Shown here in pieces: positions 53,981-64,000 of a stretch of DNA of 64,000 bases. Numbering within the stretch: the first letter of the stretch is position 1; every line of letters begins with the position of its first letter. The stretch covers positions 37,448,001-37,512,000 of the forward strand of contig OZ024740.1 of assembly GCA_964016885.1 (NCBI GenBank), written 5' to 3'. A model generated the notes under the pieces. The model did no database searches, was not told the origin of the DNA, and saw nothing but the letters and a program-made list of their open reading frames with translations. The position numbers and the translations under genes are program-made. The stretch is from Eledone cirrhosa. Taxonomy: Eukaryota.

Positions 53981-55792
53981 CTAAATAGTAGTTCCCTGCA
54001 CTTCTCCCATCTATCATCATCATCATCTTCGTTTAACGTCCATCTTCCACGCTAGCATGGGTTAGACGGGAATTGTCCCAGTTGAAGCAAGGTTGGTCGG
54101 GTGATCGTGTCTCACTCATATAGAACTATCTGGCAGGTTTTCTACGGCTGGATGCCCTTCCTAACACCAACCACATTTACAGTGTGGAACTGGGAACTTT
54201 TTACCATGTTACCTATACGGCCACATTACAGTGTGGACTGTGTGTTTTCTCGTGACACCTACACAATCTCGATCTCATTGTCTCATTTATTTGGACTGGA
54301 TGTTGTGGTACTAACTTTACAGAGAAAGGGTGGTGTTGGTGTATATATACACATATATATATATATACATACATATATATATATATATATACATCTATGT
54401 GTTAAATAAACCTGTCGTTTAGCTTCACTTTTAGCTACTTAGAATTTATTTTTGCTGCCCCCATTTTTCCAGTTTCTCCATGCCTGTCTCTTAACTTTAC
54501 TGACTCTATCTACCATACTGTCTCTCCAGCCACAGATCACATCAGTTACATGAAGCAAGTTGACATTTTCTATGTCATATTTATCTATCTCCTTCTCCCT
54601 TTTATCATTCACATCATATAGAGCTTTCCTGAACTTCTATTTAACAGTGATGTCTTTTAGTTTCCATTCCCTCCTTCTCTTGAATGTTCTGGTATCACTA
54701 ATAACAAGTTTATGTTAGTTGGTACATTTTTCTCCTAGAAAAGACTTAGTATTTACAACCATTTGCCTATCCAGTTTTCTAATAAACAAGAAGTCAATCT
54801 GACTTGTGTGTTCATCTGATTGGGTGGATAGCTGGTTTCGTGAAGTTAGTGTTGTAAATGGTTAGGTAATTTGCTTCTCTGAATTCTAGAAGCCTTGATC
54901 CCTCTTCATTTCTCAAGCCATATCCATATCCACTGTGTTCTACAAAGTAGCTGTCCTGGTGTTGACCAACATGTCCATTGATATCACCAGCTAGAATTAT
55001 GAAGTCTCTGTCATCTGTTACTGAAATTGTCTGTAAGAGTTCCTCATAGAAGTGGCCTTTCAGTTCTTTACTCAGTTTTAATTATGGTGCATACATGGAA
55101 ATAACTGTTGTCAATCTCCATTTGACTATTCAGAGCTTGATAATTCTCTTATTTACTCTAACTACCTCAATTACTTTACCTCTCCACTTCTCAGCTAGTA
55201 ATATACCTATTCTACCTTGCTCATCACCACGTTCTACCTAGAAGAGCTTATATCTAAACTGTTTGCCTGTGAGGTGTCTGCTTGATGCACTTCTCTATCT
55301 CACTTCTTGTACACAGCACACTTCAACTTGTCTACTATACACATATGTGTGTGAGAGAGAGAGACCATGTGTCTGTGGGGCTGGGGGTGGAGTACATGTG
55401 TAAATATTTACGTGTATGTGTGTATGTTTATTTGGCTATGTGTGGGATGGTGCATGTGTAAATATATGTGAGTGACTATGTATATTTGACTATGTATGAG
55501 TGTGTGTGTATATTCATTTGACTGTGTGTACATGTCTAAATATTTATGTGATAGTAAATTAGTTATTTACTGAGTTAATCCTCTTTTGATTCAAAGACTT
55601 ATCTCAATAACAGATTAAAATCTGTAAAATACTCTTTATATTTGTGACTGAGTGTTATGCTTGTGTAGGTATGTGCATAAGCATATATATACTTTTTATA
55701 TATGTATATCTATGTATATTTATGTATGTATAAATATATCATTATATATGTGTGTGTATACATATATGTATATGTTTATATATATATATATA

Positions 55793-56228
55793 CAATGATA
55801 TTAAATAAATGGAAACTATATTTATAAAATCATATTTATTCTATTATATATATTTCAAGGGTACCAAAACTTTGGTACGCTCTCATCAGATAAAATACAT
55901 ATTTGTTTTATAAATTTTGACATAACCAAGAAAAGATACCTTAACGGTTCAAGTTAAACTTTCCAAGAAAAACTTGAACCGTTAAGGTATCTTTTCTTGG
56001 TTATGTCAAAATTTATAAAACAAATATGTATTTTATCTGATGAGAGCGTACCAAAGTTTTGGTACCCTTGAAATATATATAATAGAATAAATATGATTTT
56101 ATAAATATAGTTTCCATTTATTTAATATCATTGAATATTATACTCCAGAAAACTTGTCAAGTGCTCTGAATCAGTTATAAACATTTATATTTGTTGGATT
56201 ACCAACAAATTGAATATCCCTTTTGCTT
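55793..56228 (+). mobile_element. Apparently perfect 163-bp-arm palindrome plus tail, hammerhead-bearing
   Basis: Arms 55793-55955 and 55971-56133, 15-nt loop, tail of about 95 bp, (TA)n on both sides. Confidence 0.9.
56029..56089 (+). ncRNA. Intact-looking minimal type-I hammerhead ribozyme (mirror copy on - at 55837-55897)
   Basis: tattttat-CTGATGA-gagcgtaccaa(agtt)ttggtaccctt-GAAA-TATATA-TA-atagaata. Confidence 0.8.
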
Positions 56229-56698
56229 ATATATATATATATATATATAGGCCGGAGCTCTGCTGTTGGGTCCTGAATCTTTTCATATTACCCACTCTTC
56301 CACCCCAAATCTCAAGTACTCTAGTGGGTTATGGTCTACCTGGTTTTTACCCACACCTTATCTAATATTTTATATAGGCCTCAGCATGGCCTCAGCCAGA
56401 TGGCTGGAACATGTAAAAGAGATGTATGTGTGTGAATGTGTATATGTGTGTATATATATATGTATAGTTTATATGTATATATATATGTATATATGACAAG
56501 TAAGTATGTTGTGTTGGTGTAAATGGTAGCACAATGGTCTGGATAACCACAGATGTGGGTTCGACTCCCATGTACGTCAATACTCATCTTTTTCCATTTA
56601 TCTGAGTGTTCTAAGCCCCATTATCAGACTAAAATTTCTTTAGTCGAAAAATACGGTGAAAGCTATTCTATTTTCTAATATGTATATATATATGTATA

Positions 56699-56736
<38 letters not shown>

Positions 56737-57242
56737 AATAACAGGAGGCTGTACTGGTGTAATTCCTTAAAGTTTTATTATACTATGAACATTTCAATGA
56801 CCGGGTTCAGTATGAATCTGGTGACATCATCAGGTATTCGAAATTTAACAAAGGAATATAATCCATGGGGCTGAAAAGGCAGAGAGACAAGAAGGCGGCC
56901 ACACATTTAGCAGTTTCTAGTTCGGTCAGCCACCTTCATATAATAGAAAAAACGAGGAAGTTTTGTTTAGATATGAAAAATATTTATTGCGTATTGACCT
57001 ATATATAAGCCAGAACTCAGCCATCAGAGTCCTGAATCTTTTCATATTACCCACTCTACCACCCCAAGTATCAAGTACTCTGGTGGGTATATATATATAC
57101 ACACACATGCACACATATATATAGAGATCCCGAGTTAAACCTATAAATATAAATGACTTACTATGTCACTCAGCATACCTGATGATTTCATATGAATGAA
57201 ACAGTTCTAGTCCTGTAGAAGCCATTTCTGTATTAAAGAAGG

Positions 57243-57314
<72 letters not shown>

Positions 57315-57344
57315 GATGATGATATATATATACATATATATATA

Positions 57345-57750
57345 TAATATTATTCAAAATATTAATAAATGAAACATATTCTCATAATCAAAATATATAT
57401 TTTATTATATATATTTCAAAGGTACAATGGTGTTTAAGTACGTTTTCATCAGATAAAATATAAGATTAGATAAGCGACATACCGCTACTGTTTTGATTAT
57501 TCAATTCCAATAGTAGCAGTATGTCGCATATCCAATCTTATATTTTATCTGATGAAAACGTACTTAAACACCATTGTACCATTGAAATATGTATAATAAA
57601 ATATATATTTTGATTATGAGAATATTTTTCATCTATTAATATTTTGAATAATATTAAAAACTACAGGAAAATGTTGCTGTCGAGTGCTTCTAATCTATTG
57701 TAAAATTGTATTCGTGGAATAATCAACGAACCATATTAATCTTTGGTCAT
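57345..57750 (+). mobile_element. Long palindrome plus tail, hammerhead-bearing (same family as 55793)
   Basis: Arms about 57345-57492 and 57509-57656, tail to about 57750. Confidence 0.88.
57539..57605 (+). ncRNA. Minimal type-I hammerhead ribozyme motif
   Basis: tatattttat-CTGATGA-stem II-GAAA-TATGTA-TA-ataaaatata, with a perfect 10-bp stem I. Confidence 0.75.
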
Positions 57751-57822
57751 ATATATATATATTTACATATAAATATATATATATATAAATCATCATCATC
57801 ATCATTATCATCATCATATATC

Positions 57823-57862
<40 letters not shown>

Positions 57863-58103
57863 TGTATATATATATATATATACATACATATATATATAAA
57901 TATATATATAGGAACAAGTATGACCCCGACGGCAGAGCTCAAGCCGTTTCGACGGCTATTTCTGGACGTCGGGGTCATACTTGTTCCTATTACCCAGTCT
58001 ACTACCCTAAGTATTGAGTACTTTGGTGCGTTATGGTCCATCTGGTTCCTTACCACAATTCCTTCGTTAAATATATATATATATACATACATATATATGT
58101 GTG

Positions 58104-58137
<34 letters not shown>

Positions 58138-58140
<3 letters not shown>

Positions 58141-61100
58141 TCATCATCATCATCATCATTTAACGTCCATCTTCCACGCTTGCATGGGTTTGGATGGGAG
58201 TTTTCCCACTTGAGGCAAGAGTGGTTGTCTTGCTCGCATAGGACTGCCTGGCAGGTTTTCTACGGCTGGATGCTCTTCCTAACACCAACCACGTTTACAG
58301 TTTGGACTGGGAGGTTTTTACCATGTTACCTACACGGCCACATTACAGCGTGGACTGTGTGTCTTTTTGTCGTGACACCTACACGACCTCATTTGTTTCG
58401 GACTGGATGTTGTGGTACCAACATAACTTTACATTGAAAGGGGTGGTGTGGATGGGGGGGAGTAGTGGGACGGGGGTGAATTTTTGTTAGAGGTGCCTAC
58501 CGACTGTAGTAGGTTTCACTTTGTACTTAGGTAAGGTGGGTCTTCTGTATTACTGTGTAGCGCCAAAGATCTCGGTCCAGTGACATTGTCTTGGAGAGGT
58601 GTAAGTGTGTGAGGTTGGAATTTATCAAGTCGTCCCAGGTTTTTCTGGGTCTGCCTACTCCGTGGCTACCGTCTATTTTTATTGCTCTGCACTTTTTTAT
58701 ACAGCTGTCGTCTTTCATGCGCATCACATGACCGTACCAACGTAGTCTTCTCTCGAGTAAACAACATCTGATCCCTCTTATTTATAATTTTTCCCTTAGT
58801 TCGTTTATGCTTTGCCGTTCACGTATATTACTATTACACATCCAGCGGAGCATGCAAACTTCGTTCCTCTCCAGTCTGCGTATATCCTCTGCACACAATG
58901 CCCAGGTCTCACTGCCATGTAACATTGCTGTTCGTATGCAGGCATCATACAGCCTGCCTTTCATTTTTTGACAGAACCCTTTAGCAGCTAATAGTGGTAT
59001 AAGCTCTCTGAACTTTTTCCATCCAGTTCTGACTCTAGTTACTGTACTTTCAGAGCACCCTCCACCACTGCTGATTTTGTCACCCAAGTAACGGAAGGTG
59101 TCCACTATTTCTATAGAACCATCTGTGCAATGGAATGAGCTAGTATTCTATGGGCACTTGCTGCTACTTATTGCACCAGAGCACCGGTCACATATAAAAT
59201 CTATATTCTTAGTTAGCTTACCTGTGATCCCACTACATCTTTTATGCACCCATACTTTGCATTTAGGACATAAAATGGAGTTTCTGCCTACTCCTTTCCT
59301 ACACACTGAGCATGGACATTTCCCAGATGGGACCGGTGCCCTATTTTCCTTCCTACAAACTAGAACTTTAGTCTTAGACAGGTTAATTTTAAGGCCTTTT
59401 GATTCTAGGCCATGCTTCCTTGTTTGGAATTTCTTCTCTAGTTCAGCCATTGCTTCAGCTATGAGCATTAGATTATCTGCGTATAGGAGTTCCCATGGGC
59501 CGCTGGTCTTGAACTCCTCTGTTATAGCCTGAAGGGCAATAATAAATAGTAATGGAACGGGGGACTCTGTCAAACGCGTTCTCCAAGTCGACAAAAGCTA
59601 AGTATAGGGGTTTACTTTTAGCTAGGTACTTCTCCTGTAGTTGTCGTACAATGAAAAGAGCGTCTGTGGTACTTTTACCTGACACAAACCCGAACTGCAT
59701 TTCATCTAGATCAATTCGTTCTCTGATTAGTTGCGCTATTACTTTTTCTGTGACCTTCATGACCTGGTCGATTAATTTAATGCCTCTATAGTTACCCCTA
59801 TCTAGGGCATCGTCTTTACCCTTGTAGCAGTTAATGATGATGCTGCTACGCCAGTCCTTCGGAACAACCCCATTCTGTATGACTTGGTTTACTATCCGGG
59901 TGACCATAGTGTGTCCCACCGTTCTAGAAGCTTTCAGCATTTCAGCAACTATTTCCAAAGGCCCAGTCGCCTTAACCGTCTTCATATCTTTGATCGCCTT
60001 ACTTATTATACTACCTTCGACTAACACTGCTGGTCCCTCTATTGGATCGATGTGGGGGAGACTGTCTTTCTCCCATTTATTCTCCTCATTTAGTAGCCTT
60101 TCGTAGTGACACTTCCAAGCTACCTTCTTATCAGCGTCAGTGATGGCAAGTACACCATCATCATTAAGGACACATTTCTCCCCGACAATATCATGGTTTT
60201 CCTTGACACATTGCCTAGCAATCCTGAACACCTCACGTTTTTGGTCCTCGCGTTGTAGAACATGCTTAAACTTTCTTTCCTCTGCTTCCCTTTTTGCGAA
60301 GTACACTTGTCTCCTAGCTTTCCTCCTGGCCACTTGATAGTCTTCTCTACTTCCCCCATCCCGCCATACTTTCCAAGCCTGCTTTTTGACCTTAATTGAC
60401 TCCTCCACCTTACTGTTCCACCACCACGTTACTCTCCTCCTGCCTATAGGCCTGCTCCAGCCACAGACTTCATCTGCCGCCATCAGCAGGTTTGCTTTCA
60501 GGAATTCCCACTGTTCCATTGGCTGTGGGGTCCTTTAATTTCCATATTTTTCTCCTGAGGATAGTCCTCTTCTGTTGTCAAGTAAGTCTCATCCTGACTA
60601 TGAGGTCGCTAATTATGAGTCTATGTTGAGAGGTGCATTCTTCATGGGGGAGGGATTTAGTGTTTACAACAGACACTCTGTCATGTCTTCTGGTAAGGAT
60701 ATAATCTACCTGGCTGGTATGTTCCCCTGATCTGTAGGTGATCAAGTGATTGTCTCATTTTTTGAAGTTAGTGTTACAGATAGTTAGGTTATTTGCATCA
60801 CAGAATTCCAGGATTCTGGAGCCTTCCTCATTTCTAGTACCAAACCCATAGCCTCCATGGATTCCGTCATAGCCGTCACAATGTTGTCCAACGTGACCAT
60901 TTAGGTCGCCAGCAATAATTATATAGTGGCTGTCGGTTATTTGGGAGGTAGTGAGCATCAGTGTCTCATAGAATCTGTCTTTTATAGCGCCAGGCAGAGT
61001 TGGGGTGCGTACGCAGATATTACTGTCACAGTAGTTCTATTTAGAACAAAACTTATTTTAATTATTCTGTCGTTCACTCTATTTACATCTATTATCTTAT

Positions 61101-61570
61101 CCACCCATTTTTCTGCTAACATGATTCCTACCCCACCCAGCCCATTGTCATTTCCCACCCAGAAAAGCTTATAGCATCGTTTTTTACCCACAATGAATCT
61201 AGCAGACCCGCCCCTCTTGGATACAGCAAACATCAACCTCCTCACGTTCAAACATTTCTACAACCTCGTTAGAGCAACCTTTTAAGGTGCCTACATTCAT
61301 GGTTCCAATTCTGAAGTTTTGGATTGCGTTTGGTGGGTGGGAACGGTGGGGCGCGGGGAGGGGTGAAGGGGATGGGGTTGGGGTTATGTTGGTCATCCGC
61401 AGCCGAAACAAAGAGGAGTCCTTGCCTTTTCGTCCGGCAGCATGAGGTGAATTTGTCGTTATTTTTGGCATTGTCAATGAGTGTCCAGATTCTTCAGACT
61501 CTCCAGAATTCCTTAGTCCATCCATCATATCGAAAAGCAACCAGGAGAAGTGATAGCATAGGCCGCTGAC
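58138..61570 (-). mobile_element. RTE LINE family A, near full-length with deletions and frameshifts
   Basis: GTMNVGTL, CCIQE, SAYAPQ, GDLNGHVG, QFGF, LLYADN, PHD insert, GRPRKTW, 3' UTR and (GAT)n. Confidence 0.94.
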
Positions 61571-61627
61571 TTATGATTGGTCCAAATAATAATGGTGGAG
61601 AGTGGGGAGGGGTATGGGGTAGTTAGT

Positions 61628-62310
61628 GAGGAGAAGGTTTTAAATAAAGCATATAACAGAAATAAGCGATATACTGGGATTTTAAAATACACAAGATTTT
61701 TTAGAACAACCAGACAGAATTATAGAATAGCATTGAGAAAGCAAGATTGGATTCTGGGCGATTATACAGATATATGGATGAATGAACCGAAGGATGGGGA
61801 GACAAGAAGAAAATGGTATTTTTACATTACATTTCGTAGAAGTGGACTGACCATTAATAAGAGTTGACAAATTCTGAGATTCGTACCTCGTAACAGGTTT
61901 ATTTATATTTGGTGCGAGTAGGGGGTGATCAAGAGAGAGAGAGAGAGAGAGAGAGACCAACAGGCATGTGTGTGATAAAGAGGGGGTTAGAGATTAAGAG
62001 GGGACAAGGGAGGCCATTTTTATGAATCCTGGAAAATTTCGGCCAAAATTAAACAAACGAGAGATTGTTATTTTAGAAAAACGAGGAGAAGGTTTTAAAT
62101 AAAGCATATAACAGTAATAAGCGATATACTGGGATGCTAAAACACACAAGATTATTTAGAACAATCAGACAGAATTATAGAATAGCATTGAGAAAGCAAG
62201 ATTGGATTCTGGGTGATTATACAGATATATGGATGAACCGAAGGATGGGGAGACAAGAAGAAAATGGTATTTTTACATTACATTTCGTAGAAGTGGACTG
62301 ACCATTAATA
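61628..62310. repeat. About 230-bp direct duplication (61628-61860 / 62083-62310)
   Basis: gaggagaaggttttaaataaagc...agtggactgaccattaataa occurs twice. Confidence 0.88.
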
Positions 62311-62751
62311 ATATATATATTAATATATATATATATATATATATATATAAGCAAAGAAAAAATCTACTGATCCCAAAAAATATTCAGGTGGAAGTTTAGG
62401 TAGAGTCCAGGTATAAATCCAGTTTCTGGGTGAAGATCCAATTTTGGAAACCAACAAATTTGCGAGGTCTCTCCAAAATGGCTGGTTCAATATGCACATA
62501 TGTAGGCCCCCCCCCCCCCCACACTTTTTTCTAATTTTTTTCCCTGTTCCTTCCTCTTCAGTCTTTTTATATTTCTATTTATTTTCTATTACTGATTCTA
62601 TCTTCTGATGAAGGACTAATGTCGAAAAGGTTAAGACTCTTGTCCTGCTATTTCAAGCGTTAAACTGATATATTTCCTCAATGTACTGTGTTGTTTGGTT
62701 TGTTATTCTTTTTACCTTTTACACACATATATATATGTACATATATATGTA

Positions 62752-62787
<36 letters not shown>

Positions 62788-62799
62788 TATACATATATA

Positions 62800-63095
62800 T
62801 ATTTAATTAGAAAGTGAACAACACAAAATATAACTACTCCATTACCAAAGGTTTCTGGATCACAGACAGAGATGTTATAGATAAAAGATATGAAATGTGA
62901 TAAATAATATGAACAGATTTTAAATCGCATTTCATATCTTTTATCCATAACATCTCTGTCTGACGACCGATCCAGACGTATATTATTATCGTCTGTAATC
63001 CAGAAACCTTTGGAAATGGAGTAGTTGTATTTTGTGTGGTTCACTTTCTAATTAAATAGCTCTGTTCTATATATAGAGCACTCTTTTTTCCTTTG
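62800..63095 (+). mobile_element. Palindromic TA-embedded element with hammerhead motif
   Basis: Arms 62800-62868 and 62991-63058. ctctgt-CTGACGA...GAAA-cctttgg-(T/A)A-atggag at 62954-63021. Confidence 0.75.
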
Positions 63096-63109
63096 GAATT
63101 ACCTAACAT

Positions 63110-63169
<60 letters not shown>

Positions 63170-63638
63170 CGGAGGAGTTGTGGTAAGGAACCAGATGGAC
63201 CATAACACACCAGAGTACTCAATATTTAGGGTAGTAGAGTGGGTAATAGGAGAAAGTATGACCCCGACGGCAGAGCTCAAGCCGTTTCGACGGCTATTTC
63301 TAGACTAAAGTAAGTCTATATATGTATGTGAGTATGTTTGATATTATATTTACTTATGTCAGCAACCAATTCTATCAGCCAGTAAAAATATGTAATTTAA
63401 TCACTAACAAAAACTCACTCAATGTATAAAACATTTTTCAATTGATGTGTGTAATTTACATTTGGCTCTCACATACACATTTCTACTACTATATTCAATA
63501 CTAATAATCAATTGAGTTTTTTTTAATAACTATTTTTTTTTTAGTACTACAGTAACTGTGATTGCTGAGGTCTCCGGTAATCAGTGCTGTATATACCGGA
63601 ATATATTATATGTTGATACCCTTCTTTCTCTCTCTCAC

Positions 63639-63676
<38 letters not shown>

Positions 63677-63677
<1 letters not shown>

Positions 63678-64000
63678 CATCATCATCATCATCACCATTT
63701 TACGTCCGTTCTTCCACGCTAGCATGGGTTAGACGGGTTGTCCTGTTGTGGGCAGTGTCCGGTCGGCTGACCATGCCTTGCTCATACGGGAACTGATTCT
63801 GGCTTGATTTCTTCCTAACACCAACCTCATTTACAGTGAGTGCTGGGTGCTTTTTTTCCATGGCGCCTCCGCATCCACTTTGCAGTGTGGGCTGGGTGCT
63901 TTTTTGCACCTCCACGACCACTTTGCAGTGGGAGGGTGTGGGCGCATATTGTCTATATGCTTCAGCTTCGACTTGTACCCGTGGTGGGGTTGGGTATTCT
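63677..64000 (-). mobile_element. RTE family B 3' UTR, cut by the window end
   Basis: Matches 53160-53500. Confidence 0.85.

Larger units (their letters stand above)
50900..55335 (-). mobile_element. Old decayed RTE LINE with nested younger insertions
   Basis: Remnants LDEMLFGFVSGRSTTDALF, EKCVWND and endonuclease motifs. Interrupted by the SINE at 52147-52488 and RTE 3' ends at 53160-53980 and 54013-54330. Confidence 0.75.

Overview
AT-rich eukaryotic DNA, probably an octopod cephalopod (inferred from the tRNA-SINE families, RTE LINEs and very large (TA)n tracts). One host gene can be assembled by eye. It is a + strand EcR/NR1H-type nuclear receptor with 7 phase-compatible GT-AG coding exons (7028-7100, 8826-9083, 11672-11812, 26524-26816, 31539-31703, 32834-33056, 34679-34917; about 463 aa), an EcR-like DNA-binding domain and a strongly divergent ligand pocket. 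The rest is mostly mobile DNA: RTE LINEs with a PHD finger inside the RT, SINEs sharing the RTE 3' tail, Tx1-like LINEs in microsatellite targets, Helitrons, piggyBac-like MITEs, R4/Dong-like fragments and Penelope-like GIY-YIG fragments. The most striking signal is a set of short non-coding elements embedded in (TA)n. Many are long palindromes with a one-sided tail, and they repeatedly carry minimal type-I hammerhead ribozyme motifs (about a dozen, from intact to decayed). This looks like a multi-family Penelope/retrozyme-like system. All IY/YI-rich ORFs in the supplied track are microsatellite artefacts.
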